DNA from: Antedon mediterranea
Lineage: Eukaryota; Animalia; Echinodermata
NCBI RefSeq assembly: GCF_964355755.1
Contig: NC_092670.1
Span: 3,834,201-3,898,200, forward strand
Length of the DNA stretch: 64,000 bases
Reading direction: 5' to 3'
Part shown: in pieces, positions 24,690 through 37,316 of the stretch
Numbering within the stretch: the first letter of the stretch is position 1
Layout of the letters: each line of letters starts with the position of its first letter
Notes under the pieces: model-generated
The model's input: the letters and a program-made list of their open reading frames with translations, nothing else
What the model was told of the DNA's origin: nothing
Database searches by the model: none
Program-made: the position numbers and the translations under genes

Positions 24690-24933
24690 CGCTGACGATA
24701 ACTTTAAATGTGCAGTTTCCTATGTTATTTGCATGGTCAGTAGGGCCTACTGTAGCAATAGACAGTGGTTTGTCCAGGATTAAACAAAGAACCAGATGAA
24801 CGCGTACAAGAAGCCGTCAGATCAATGTCAATGTTGTCAACGACACTTGGGTCATTCCAGGTTGCCATAGCTGGTTCTGATGATGACACATGAAAATCAT
24901 CTGGACAACTAAGTATAGGACTTGACGAATCTT
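24690..24933 (-). pseudogene. HYR (hyalin repeat) domain exon, frameshifted near its 3' end
   Basis: EDSSSPILSCPDDFHV...ATWNDPSVVDNID...CTRSSGSLFNPGQTTVYC / TDHANNIGNCTFKVIVS. Canonical splice sites, 244 nt. Frame broken at tacagtaggcccta (~24741-24754). Confidence 0.85.
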
Positions 24934-25221
24934 CTGTAAAGTGAAACAGAATTTACTGAAGAAGCATAAACAGTGATAGTAAAACATACCGATTGCGTTT
25001 TTATTATGAATGCGTTTAGGTTTAAAACATACAATATTCAAATGAAACATATTATGGCCTAGAATACACTTTCATTATTTCTTACCTACTTTCAACTCGA
25101 AGGAGGTAAATGCTGTCTTCTCCTCAACATAGTCTCCTTTGAAATTTAATGTTAGGCCTACTCGCGGAAGTTTACTTATATTCTGTTTGTATTTCAAGCA
25201 AAAATCATATATAAAGCTTAC

Positions 25222-25484
25222 CAACAACAAAGATGAAAGAAAGATTGCATCATTGCCAGCGTCATCAGAGACAATACATTCAATTGTGTACGAGCCACGT
25301 GATAATGTTACCGGTGATGTTGTTATTGTGACTTCTGGGGTATATCTTCGACAAACTGGTAACAATGTACTATCAACGTTGTCAGTAGCTGTTGGGTACA
25401 TCCATGACACTTGAGTGACAGAACTGATTGGTGACACGCCTACATAGAGGTCATCGCTACAGTCTATAGTCGGTGGCGTATTAT
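25222..25484 (-). pseudogene. HYR domain exon with 1-nt deletion near the 3' end
   Basis: DNTPPTIDCSDD...VSWMYPTATDNVD...GSYTIECIVSDDAGNDAI; 263 nt. The paralogous fragment at 46571-46616 shows the intact ICSFKISV ending. Confidence 0.85.
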
Positions 25485-25760
25485 CTTGAAGTCAAAACAA
25501 GAAATAAACAATAATCATGGCGTCAATTACTATAATAGGGTGTGGGTTCAGGATGTATAAATAATTAATTGTGAACGATCAAATTGCTAATCAACTTCTT
25601 ATATTAATTTGAACTTAACGCCATTTTTAAAAGGGGTTCACAAGTACACTTCAGCAAAATACATTAAGTCAACACGTCCAGAGGCACCGTTAGATCCATT
25701 TGCTATTAAACACAAGTACCAATAAATTAAATTAAAATGAATTATTTGATATTCACTCAC

Positions 25761-25994
25761 CAATTACATCTATAACAAATGTACAGCTACCAGAATTGCC
25801 AGCAACATCAATAGCGCGATAAGTAACATGATTCGAACCTATAGCAAAAGATGACCCAGACGATGGAGTACATATTGCGACCAGATTACTGTTCAGGTTA
25901 TCGGCAACTTGTGGTGGGTTCCAGTTAACCAAAGAGGAGCGTGTTCCAGCCGTGATGTCATTCGGACATCTCACGCTAGGATTCTCTCTATCGA
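25761..25994 (-). CDS. HYR domain exon (intact, 234 nt, phase 1-1)
   Basis: DRENPSVRCPNDI...VNWNPPQVADN...CTPSSGSSFAIGSNHVTYRAIDVAGNSGSCTFVIDV is a classic HYR consensus. Confidence 0.9.
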
Positions 25995-26145
25995 CTTAAT
26001 TTGAAAATAAATTACAAATCTTAGTGGTGAGGCAAGTATTTTGTGATCCTTCAATATATCTTATTGTTACCAGTTACTTCAAAGTGTTCTTTATATTAAC
26101 AACACTGCTCTATGATTACCTATAGTAATCACACTATACTTTGTA

Positions 26146-26240
26146 TCATGAGGTAATTTCCCGATTGATCGTAATCAAAACGGTACTGGGTATGGTCTAC
26201 TAGCGTTCCTGATCCCAACTCGTCATCCATTCATAGAATT
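26146..26240. repeat. Copy of a ~285-bp unclassified repeat (continues at 30404-30670 after a TIR insertion)
   Basis: gaggtaatttcccgattgatcgtaatcaaaacggtactgggtatggtctac also occurs at ~30597, 31734 and 32015. Confidence 0.8.
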
Positions 26241-27328
26241 GCATTAGGAGAACGAGCCCTATTTAGCGTGAGCTTTTGCCTCTGGCATCTTACTTGTTTA
26301 TTTTTGCCTAAAGCCAGTCATTAATGTCTTAGGCAATTAATAAATCACGTAACACCTTGTTCATCTTCCAGGCTCAGCCTTCCTTGCTTCTGATTGGCTG
26401 CAATGCACAGCCTATTTTGGAATTGGTCACTCATTGTATTTAGAAACCACCATTATACCATGGGTAAATTTTTTGCACACAAAATTAAAGAATGCAAGTG
26501 GCCTTGTGGTTAGCAAGGTCAGTTCTAATCTAACAGCAGGGAGCCAAAGAATGAACTGTAGAGATGAGTTTAAATTAAAAATTTGTGTTTTGTGCACCCA
26601 GACTAAAATCGCTGGAAAAGCAAAAACTTTTGTTTTGAAATTAAAACTATATTTATAAACTATTTCATGTTCTTCAGCTGAGATCTCAAAATTATCTCTA
26701 TGGATTTGCCACCCCTCTAATGTTAAATATATAGGCCTATAATAGGCCTATTATATTTAACATTAGAGGGAGTATAATAAATAGTACAGTAATACTATTT
26801 CAAATTATAAGCAAACAATTAAATACTGTATTTTATAATCATATTTTATATAATAGTTACTTTATGTCTCAATTATAAACCCCTTTTCTTGAGTATACCC
26901 CAATTGTATGCACATTTATGGAGGAAATATATATTTATGTTTTTCTCAATACATAATAGTTCAGTTTTTTTTTCAAATTAATGTGACATTTGTTTGTCTA
27001 AGTTGTGTGAAGTAATGATACCAAAAATGTTAACTCTTAATTTGTAACTCCTGAATTGTAATCAATAGATTAGGTCTAAGTAAATATTAAAAAATGGTTG
27101 TTAATGTTACAGATGGAACATTTTTGTTATAGGCCAGGATATCATTATTTTAACGATTAACTAAAAAATCAGATACTGTAATTAATACACTGAATAAAAT
27201 CTGTATGTGCATGTTATATATTTATTTTAATTTGAAAATTAACAATTGCCATGTAAACATATATTATGGGCCTAATTTGAATTAAATTTTATAGAGTATA
27301 TATTCTTAAAAAATTCCTGTCCGTTAAA

Positions 27329-28044
27329 AAACAAGGCCAACAGCCATTAAGTCGCGTGCTACAATGCATAGTGATACCGGACCGACCGACAGACCGACCG
27401 ACATAGTGAACTACTGAACATGTGTAAAAATGTTGAAATGTTTAAAAACATTTATATTTTTTTAATTTACACGTGCGTAGCCTGTCACTTTTGACGTGCT
27501 CATATAACGTAATTTCTAGTTGAAAAGTAAGTCATGAAAACAGAAATCGGGCAAAAAGAGTGCGCAACAACAACGCAGTGCGCGCGCAAAAATCTGCGCA
27601 CTCATGGCAATTTTGTAAACGCTTAAAATTGCCTGAAACGTACTCTTATTTCATCGAAAATAAATTTTGAAAAATTTAAGCGCGCGTACGCATGCGTTAC
27701 ATGCGCTACGCACGTAATTGTATTGCCATATAATGATTTATGCCCTGAAATTTATGAGTACCAAATTTTATTTAATTGTGATTCATGGTTGTGAAGATAT
27801 GATTACAAACGTGATTTCGTTAAATCGTGCGTAGACCGCGTAGTTTTTTAATGCGCACCGTGAAAACATAACCACATCGATTCCTGGCCATAAGGAATAT
27901 ACTGTGAAAATTGACTTAGCTAGATTAAACTGATATCAAGATAAGGTCAGAAAGCGATAACATGCATAGTGATACCGGACCGACAGACAGACAGACCGAC
28001 CGACCGACATAGTGAACTATAGAGTCGCGTCCACGCGACTAAAA
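27329..28044 (-). mobile_element. HINE copy (reverse complement of 11084-11848)
   Basis: High identity to 11084-11848 in inverted orientation. Confidence 0.8.
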
Positions 28045-28198
28045 ATGTGAACCTGCATAATGCGATAAAGTATTGTTGGCACATAATATTAAATCCCGTC
28101 ACAGTATTATCTTGTATCCTTTAACATTTGGAATGAGTTGGTGCATGGTAAGATATAGGAATATGGATTATGAAGGGGATGAAAAAACGTGAAAAAGA

Positions 28199-29050
28199 TA
28201 GCACAATTTCTCAAATAGGTATACCGTACGTACAATTTCTCAAAGAAGTAGCACAACTTTCGGAATGGATTGCACAATTTCTCAAAGAGGTAGCACAATT
28301 TCCCGAATGGTTAGCACAATTTCTCAAAGAGGGAGCACAATTTCCCAAATGGTTAGCACAATTTCTCAAAGAGGTAGCACAATTTCCCGAATGGTTAGCA
28401 CAATGTCTCAAAGAGGTAGCACAATTTCCCAAATGGTTAGCACAATTTCTCAAAGAGGTAGCACAATTTCCCGAATGGTTAGCACAATTTCTCAAAGAGG
28501 TAGCACAATTTCCCGAATGGTTAGCACAATTTCTCAAAGAGGTAGCACAATTTCCCAAATGGTTAGCACAATTTCTCAAAGAGGTAGCACAATTTCCCGA
28601 ATGGTTAGCACAATTTCTCAAAGAGGTAGCACAAAATCTCCCGAATGGATTGCATAATTTCTCAAAGAGGTAGCACAATTTCCGGAATGGTTAGCACAAT
28701 TTCTCAAAGAGGTAGCACAATTTCCCGAATGGGTAGCACAATTTCTCAAAGAGGTAGCACAATTTTCCGAATGGGTAGCACAATTTCTCGAATGGTTAGC
28801 ACAATTTCTCAAAGAGGTAGCACAATTTCCCGAATGGTTAGCACAATTTCTCAAAGAGGTAGCACAATTTCCCGAATGGGTAGCACAATTTCTCAAAGAG
28901 GTAGCACAAAATCTCCCGAATGGTTAGCACAATTATTTCTCAAAAAGGTAGCACAATTTCCTGAATGTTGCATATTGCACAATTTCTCAAAGAGGATCAC
29001 AATTTTTTTAATGGATTGCACACTTTCTCAAATGTAGGTAGCACAATATT
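28199..29050. repeat. 42-bp (2 x 21-bp) minisatellite, about 20 units
   Basis: Unit gcacaatttctcaaagaggta-gcacaatttcccgaatggtta. Confidence 0.95.
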
Positions 29051-30403
29051 TCGTGATTGTATGACCACAATTGTACTGGGAAGGTTTTAAACTATTTTTA
29101 AAAAAATCACAGTGTGCAGAGGTTAGAGGGGTTGGAGGCTTAGTGATTTGCTGGGGTTAGTATCAATGACCACATGAGTAATGTGAACTGGGGGTATGTT
29201 TTAACTGCATTTGAAAACCGTCATAGAGCCGGGGTTTGCAATAGAATTTGTACCAGGAAGTTTAACATTATAAGTTAAAAAATCCCCGAGTGCGGGTGTG
29301 TGTTGGGGAGGTGGGTGCATTTTAGGGCATCTGGATAATGAGTTATCAAATGATCGGGAATGTACTGTGAAGTTTTAAAACTACATAGGAAACCCGCCCG
29401 GGCGTGTATAATTGCTAGTCATCAATGTTTTAAAATACTAGAGTGCTAAAGTGAACATAATGTATGTAGGCCTATGTGCAGTTTTCTTAGAATAACATAA
29501 ACAACTAAAATGAGGCATAATCCCTCTATTATAATATCGTATAACATCAACTTGTTATTACACAATAAAAAAGATTGTTATTTATATGGGTTTCGTTTAT
29601 GTTTATTAACATTCATTCAATTACATTTTTTTAAATAAAAAGATTTATTTTTTAGATTTTTTAGTATTATTAATTAATTCATATATCTGGTCCTATATAC
29701 TAATATAGCGCAAACACTTCTTGGGAAGCGTATGGGTACCACCCCCTACGGCTACATTATTTTATTTGAATTTCCCGCTCATATTCTCAAAAATTGTAGG
29801 CCTACCAGGGAGTTGTTATTAATAACAACTCCCTGCCTATACCTCATCCCGAGTCTGATGTGATGGTGTACCTCTTGACATCCCTACCAAATTCCATCGC
29901 ACCATCCCAGTTTATTTCAGAATCCATTTGTAGTAGGCTATGTATTTCATTGGTAAATTAATAAAATTAAAATTATTCAATTGTAATTGGTTGATCGCTT
30001 GACTATTCAATCTAAGGTTGAACTTTGTAGCTCCCCATACAATGTTGTTAAAATGTACAAAATCGAAAAGGAAACATGGAAATAAAGGCTTACTTAAATA
30101 ATTATAAGGCGTGAAAAGGCTATTATATAAATATTCATTTATTTCATGAAATCAAACTATTACCTAATCATTAAAACATGCTGTAACTGAAACCTGATGC
30201 TGTCGGTGATTGGCTGTTGGCAAACAAAGTGGGCTTGGCCTCTTTTAGTACCCAGATACTTTCCTGCATGATTGATGGCCACTGTTCTGTTAATTACCCA
30301 TCAACAAGACTGATCAGGGTCAAAACAATTACAGGCAATTATAGTACCCCGGGTTAGCCGGGGTACTAAAAGCTCACGTTAAATAGGGCTCGTTTTCCTA
30401 ATG

Positions 30404-30670
30404 AAGCCTTGATGAAGAAAGCCTACCTGGTGGTAACCATAGAACGGCCCCGAGATAACGACTATACTTCGGCTTTAGTCGATAGAAGATTGAAAAAATT
30501 GTTAGAGATAGAGTATACAATGCTTGATTATGTGTATATGTGTGATTTGCTTTTTAATCAAATGAAGTTATCGTAGATTGTATCGTGAGGTGGTGCGGTA
30601 ATTTCCCGATTGATCGTAATCAAAACGGTACTGGGTATGGTCTACTAGTTTTTCTGCTCCCAACCAGTAC
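30404..30670. repeat. ~285-bp repeat unit copy
   Basis: Near-identical to 31822-32090. Confidence 0.85.
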
Positions 30671-30957
30671 AATAATTAATTTGATAAATTCGTTTTATTT
30701 TATATGCTAAAAAAATAATAATGTTTTTAATTAATATAATGTAATGTCTATATAGATTAATTAGTCTCACCTTGTTTAAAAGTTGCTAGATAATTATACC
30801 GTCTTTTCTTGTCTATGTGACCGTGATAAATGTTATGTTTGAAAGTTGCAAGTTCGAAAGTTTGGTGTGTGCGCGTGTTAGAATGCAGTATCTGAAGACG
30901 CGTTTATCTAAAAAACACGGTTTTTGGGGGACGTGTTGAAAGCTGTTTAAATATTAT

Positions 30958-31366
30958 CAAAGAACTTATAACACAAGAATCTCCTGTTCGTCCGAAGCGC
31001 GTAACAATTTCGAAAGGCATTGTGGGATAGAATAGAGCTATGGGTGGCGCCATTGTGAGCTATGGAGTAGGGCGCCCGCATCAAATTAGAAAGTCAAAAT
31101 CATAGAGGGGATCTGCTAATGCTCTAGGGGGGATAGAGTAATTGACTGAGGAGTAGGGCGCCCGCATCAAATCAGAAAGTCAAAATCATAGAGGGGATCT
31201 GCTAATACTCTAGAGGGGTAGAGTAATTGACTTCCTAGTTTGGAGGGGGCGCTTCTCCATGCTGTGAAATGGCGTCGCCCAGTTTGATCTTTTAACCCTG
31301 TACTTCCGATACTGTGTTTTGAATGCAAATTGAAGAACAGGAGATTCTTGTGTTATAAGTTCTTTG
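30958..31366. mobile_element. P-superfamily-like MITE
   Basis: 32-bp perfect TIR CAAAGAACTTATAACACAAGAATCTCCTGTTC, 7-bp TSD ATATTAT, internal ~85-bp tandem duplication. Confidence 0.75.
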
Positions 31367-31728
31367 ATATTATTTTATTTCCGATTATTTTGAGGTTAGG
31401 TTTAATAATAGTTTGTTTATAGGGGGGGGGGGGGGATGAAATATGTATATTAATTAAAATATATTTAAAAATACTTTTCGGAGTTGGATACAATATAAAA
31501 AATATATACATTTTTAGAATAAAGTAAATTTATTTTATTATCGGAAGTTCATCATATATAAACAAAATAACAGTATAAAATAAAAATAAGTTTGAATACT
31601 CGTATACTTCATTATTATATATACATATATTATACTTAAATGACGTTGGATAATTTGCTATGTAATTTTGTACTCGTGCAGCAAATTTGTTTTAATTTCT
31701 TGTCGTTATAGTTGATGAATTTTATGTT

Positions 31729-32176
31729 ATCGTGAGGTAACTTCCCGATTGATCGTAATCAAAACGGTACTGGGTATGGTCTACCTAGCGTTCCTGATCC
31801 CAACTCGTCATCCATTCATAGAAGCCTTGATGAAAAAAGCCTACCTGCTGGTAACCGTAGAACGGTCCCGAGATAACGGCTATACCTCGGCTTTAGTCGA
31901 TAGAAGATTGAAAAAATGGTTAGAGATAGAGTATACAATGCTTGATTATGTGTATATGTGTGATTTGCTTTTTAATCAAATGAAGTTATCGTAGATTGTG
32001 TCGTGAGGTGGTGCGGTAATTTCCCGATTGATCGTAATCAAAACGGTACTGGGTATGGTCTACTAGTTTTTCTGCTCCCAACCAGTACATCCATTCATAG
32101 AAGCTTTGATGAAGTAAGCCTACCTGGTGGTGGCCATAGAACGGTCCCGAGATAACGACTATACTTCGGCTTTAGC
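31729..32176. repeat. ~1.6 tandem units of the ~285-bp repeat
   Basis: cggctttag recurs at ~31888 and ~32167. Confidence 0.85.
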
Positions 32177-32420
32177 TACCTAAACCTGAACGATCTATAG
32201 ATGGCGCTATACCATATACGAGATCTAATGGTAACAAGTCCAAGTCACAGAGACTCACTCATGATTAAGCTGCGTCGTTGACCAGCGAAAGCTAGAGTAA
32301 AAAGCGTAAGTGTTTCGGATTTCGAACTTTGACGTTGGTGGCGTAAATATTTTATTTGATTGTACGCAGAATTGTCAGCAAGATATAACGCTTAATATTA
32401 TCTAATAGTAGATACTGTAA

Positions 32421-33514
32421 CAGTGGCGGATCTAGGGGGGGGGGGGGTGAATAGGGTGGCTAGCCACCCCCCTTAATTCTCAAAAAAAAAAAAAAAGATG
32501 CAACCTAATCGCGATTGACCGTCGCTAGACGTGGATTAATCTTTTAATTAAGAAGAGTAGGCCTAGCTAGGCCCTACTAGAGCTAGGGTTAGCATTAATA
32601 GTTGTGTGTAAATAGGCCTACACAGTGAAAGAGCTAAGAGTTTAATTACTATTATGAATTCAAGAGTTTAAAAAGAAAACACGATTTACAATCTTCGGAA
32701 AATACCCATTTTCAAAACACACGCACTCCTAAAACTACCAGCGTCACGTTGTCAAGCTCGCTCCTCGTGTGAATGCTGACGTCATCACTCTCCAAAATAC
32801 ACCATTTTCCATTGCAGTTAATTTCCGCCGCCCTGGTCCGTGTGTGTACAAAGCGTTAGCGTGGTATATTTACACCCCTGAGTGGAGTGTAATATCGGGA
32901 ACTTTTTTCTCGCGCATGAAAGTTTTTTGTATAATATTATGGTATGCAGTAGGCTATAAACGATAAAAATAAACGAGAAACATGGTGTTCTTTTATTATT
33001 TTATAGGCATAAAATAAACATGAAATGTCTTGTATGTACACGGGACGGCCGAAAAAAGTATGTGGCGTATTTGGCTTTTTTTTTATTTGTGTTATAGACA
33101 CGGCGATTACTGCGATCATTGTATACCAAATTACATTGAGTTATTCACCCGGCTGTAGGGTATATATCCCTGAGGTTAACAGACCACCAAAACACGGTAC
33201 ACAACACATGCACTCTAATGTTCATTTTGTTTGAAGGTTTTTCGATCAAAGTTTATTATTAGTTCGTCGAAAAAGATCCGTACAGTATTTGGAAGGATGT
33301 ATTTAACTTTACATTATGTAATATTTGTTATTAAGTGTGATGGAAACAGTTTCTCTAGCCTATTAAACAGTGTGTAAGCATCTATTTTTTCAAAAATTTT
33401 CGGAGCCTCGGGAGGGGGGACACCCCCTCCCAAACCCTCCCCCGCTCGGTGCTACGCCCCTCGTTTGCCACTTTCGTGGCCACCCACCTTCGTCAGATCC
33501 TAGATCCGCCACTG
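32421..33514. mobile_element. hAT-like MITE (1.1 kb) in the 5' LTR
   Basis: TIR CAGTGGCGGATCTAG. TSD TGTAA (5 bp), defined by comparison with the empty 3' LTR. Confidence 0.9.
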
Positions 33515-33895
33515 TGTAACTTTCTTATTTCTGACAGTGATACGTGGGAGTACTACGTACGTTATTATAACCTTTAAGTTGTGTTAATGTTCTTGACTTG
33601 GATATAAAAATTATTTGTTAGGCTATTTAGTTAAGTGTTTCGATCAGCTAATTGGCCATAAGCCTGCCTAGCCTAGCTAGCCCTCGTGTAGTGCTACTAG
33701 TAGTAGTTTGACTGTATGTATGTATCTGCTATGCTGTTTTGCGGGGTTGTTTGCACACGCAGCTGTGCTGCCTTGTGCGTGTTTTCATTGAGTTTATTTG
33801 TGTTTCAGACTTTACCGAAGAATAAAGAACGGTTAAAGCAACTACCACGAGTTTGTGTATCATTGTCCGAATTAGTAAAGTGTAATCCCTTAATT

Positions 33896-36800
33896 ATGGA
33901 GGAAAATACGTTCATCGACCTCAGCTTCGAAGAGCTCGAGGTCAAACACCGTTCGTTTAAAGGTCATCTAACGAGGGCAAGGGACCGCTTTACCCGTGTT
34001 CTCGACCGAGACGAACCGGAACTGGTTAAAGTGGCATTCGACCATATACAAAAGAAAATTCGAAAGATAACCGACTTACTTGATGCTATGGATGTTGTCA
34101 AACCACCTGATGAGACTAACACTACTACACGTCTACATGCAGAACTAATGTCAGCAGCTGATGACGTGGAGAAAAAATATCAAGAGTACAGAAGGTTTTC
34201 AAGGAATGAGCAAACCGCTCATTCTTCCCAAGGTGAGCCAACTGCAGCAGGAAAAGATGAAGAGATGATAAAATTAATTAAAGCTCAGTCTGACATGGTG
34301 GCACAGCTTACAATAAAATTGAACGGAAACGGCTCAGACAACAAACGGCCTTCAATTAAAACACCAGGACTCCCAGCCCCACGGTGGGATGGATCTCCAA
34401 GAAACTTCCATTCTTGGCATGTACGAATTGACCAATACTTCGAATCTGCTGGTATTAAAGGTGACCAAGAAAAATTGATGGTTTTGCTCAATGGTGATGC
34501 GTTACCCAAATCTATTCAAGATCATATTGCTGATTGTTGTTCTGTTGAAGGTGATAATGGAGCTTGGGCTCGTCTGAAGGAAAAGGTCCCGACTTCAGCT
34601 ATTGTTCGTGATGTTATTCTGACACTTCAGATGTTGAAGCCAATGAAGTCAGCAACAGCAAAGGAAATGCGGCCTGTTTTGAATGGACTCACAGACTTTG
34701 CAAGACGAATGCGTGAACTTGGAAAAGAATTAGAACTCTCATCGTCAGTAGTTGTTGAACTAGCGAGTCAGAAAATCGATGCTGAATTAAGTTTCGAATA
34801 CATGCGGCAGATAAAGCAAGATGAGCCGACAATACCAAGTTTGATCTCATTCTTACGAAGTGAAATGGAAGCAAGGGAACGTCGAGAGCAACCTCATATG
34901 TTTGGCGATCAAAATGCATCTACTCATCACATTACAAGACAAATTAGTACACTTGAAAATACTACCCAATTCCCACCGAAATCTAATTTTAAAGGTGCTG
35001 AAACTAGCACGGATGATTGTCCTTTCTGCACTGACCACTCACGTCACTTGATTATAAAGTGCCCTAATTTTAACTCAAAATCTAACGAAGAGAGACGGTT
35101 AATGATAATGGAAGCTAGAAGATGTTTCCTATGTTTTCGCACAAATCACAGTGCGTTCAGATGCCCCAGACATGACAAAAAACGCTGCTCTGTATGTCAA
35201 CTATTTCACCACCGACTGATTGCTTGCCCACCCAATCGCACTTTGAGAATTAACAACGCAGATGGTTTCTGTCAAAGCCAAATGTCACCAAAAACACAGG
35301 CGGGAGCGAACACAAATCTACGGCCAATTGTACGCCACGAAAACCAGGTAGGAACCAACTTAGGTCAGAATCCATTCATATATTTGCCAGCATCAACTAA
35401 CCAAACTGTTTCAAATATGAATTTAGATAAAACGTCAATAAATTCACCTCAGATAGTTCAGGCGGGAGCAAACCCAAGTCTACGTCAGACTGTAGCAGGG
35501 CCCAGTCAAAATCCATTCGTGTCTTTGCCTCCATCAACGAACCAGACAATTTCGAAAATGAATTCGACGAGGCATGCCGAACGTCGTCGCTATTCACCGA
35601 CTACATATGTCGAGATACAAGACAACGAGGGCAATTGGCAGAAAGCTGTCGCATTCTTTGATAGTGGTGCTGATACCACTCTGGTCAAGTGCTCCACCGC
35701 TAAAAGTCTAGGCTTAAACGGACTGCCCTTTGTATTTACTTATGGCGTGGCCGGAGGGGGCATCGTACAAGAAAACAGTGCAAGGTATCAACTTCGAGTC
35801 AGACCACTACAGGAATTGAAAGCATACGACTTGGTTGCAATTAGTGTACAAAAGCCTGCCCATGATAGCCCATCTGTTGGCGAAGATATCTTTGACGAAC
35901 ACCCTCATTTAACGGTAGTTAAAGAACATTTGCCTGCGGAGGAAGCCGAGATCGACTTACTCATTGGATACGACTATCAAAGTCTTACTACACCACTGAA
36001 AACAATACGTTCATTAACTGATCCTGATACATCGCCAACTGCGGCAAAAAGTGCTCTAGGTTGGACAATTATTGGACAAACCATTCCAAAGCCAACTTCC
36101 AATGTCATCAGCCACATCACAAACATAACTTTCATGGACGACTCCCAGCTTTTATATACATCCGATGTCATTGGAGTTAAACCAACAACCTTGTGTACAT
36201 GTACAGATAAGGAGATCGCTGAATCTCAGTTTATCAAACATTGTAGAAAAAATCTCCAAATAAATGAGAAGGGCCGCATTACCGTGGAAATGCCATGGAA
36301 GGATGGATTTCCTGAGTCTCTAGACTGTAATAGAGTACAAGCCGTGACGAGGATGATTTCACATGAGGCTAGGTTGCTAAAAAACAAGCAAATCAATGAC
36401 TACAATTATGAAATTCAAGCTCTCCTTGACAATGGATTTACGCGTGAGCTTACGCCAAGTGAAGACAGAAATGAAGGATGGTACCTTCAACACCATGCTG
36501 TCCATCAGCAACACAAGACAACGAAGATTCGAATTGTATGGAATTCCGCTGCTAAGTTTAACGGGTTGTGTCTCAACGACGGATTCCACAAAGGGCCAGA
36601 TTTCCTAAACTCACTTGTGACATGCTTTCTATACTGGCGGAAGTACGGAATTGCCGTAGCTGGAGACGTTCGGAAGATGTTTAACCAGATTGCATTATCA
36701 GTGCGTGATCAAAAGTTTCATCGTTTTGTCTGGCGATTTGGTGATACCTCAAAGGATATTAGGTATTTTCAATGGTTGCGTTTGCCGTTTGGGGACAAAC

Positions 36801-37316
36801 CAGCACCGGACATTTCTATGATGGCCGTTCGTTTACTAGCTGAGGCTAACGCCGATTCAGATCCTATAGGGGCTCTTAGGATCAAAGATCGTATGTACAT
36901 GGATGATATAACCGACTCATTTACAAAACCGAACGATGCAGTTGAGGCAGTTGAGCAGGTTACTCGTATTCTAAGAAAGGGATCTTTCGAAATCAAAGTG
37001 TGGCATTCTAACCATCCGATGGTAGACCAGTGCCCTGAAGAGAAGCACACACGTGTTTTAGGCCACTTGTGGAATAAGCTAGATGACACTGTAACAATTC
37101 AACTTGATAAATTCGATGAAGAACAGACTCCACTTACCAAAAGAAAAGTTTCCAGTCTTGTTGCCAGGTTGTGGGATCCATTAGGAATGTTGAGCCCTGT
37201 GAGTATTCGTTATAAAATTGGACTCCAGGAGATTTGGGCAGCTAGGCTTGATTGGGACGACGTGTTTGATGATGAGCAAACAACTATGTGGAAAGGTTTT
37301 ATAAAGGAGATGAATC
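33896..37316 (+). pseudogene. BEL element 2 gag-protease-RT (interrupted by MITE at 37317)
   Basis: Real start is MEENTFIDL at 33896 (upstream ORF-track residues are LTR). Cys-His knuckles, DSG protease, RT with GDVRKMF, LPFG and YMDD. Confidence 0.9.

Larger units (their letters stand above)
26242..30403. mobile_element. Unclassified ~4.2-kb non-autonomous TIR element
   Basis: 35-bp TIR CATTAGGAGAACGAGCCCTATTTAGCGTGAGCTTT / AAAGCTCACGTTAAATAGGGCTCGTTTTCCTAATG. It splits the 285-bp repeat at catagaa|gccttgatg. TSD unclear. Confidence 0.65.

Noticed and set aside
24690-25484. Compensating frameshifts restoring the HYR reading frame (263+244 nt is a multiple of 3)
   Set aside because: The shifted frame hits TGA at 24817-24819 before the second shift.
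28199-29050. CRISPR-like array or real CDS in the periodic region
   Set aside because: Units are contiguous with no unique spacers and no cas genes, in a eukaryotic context. The ORFs follow from a stop-free 42-bp unit.
33716-33895. N-terminal hydrophobic extension (env- or signal-like) of the 1266-aa ORF, and ORF 41003-41215
   Set aside because: This is LTR sequence read in frame; the likely start is ATG 33896.
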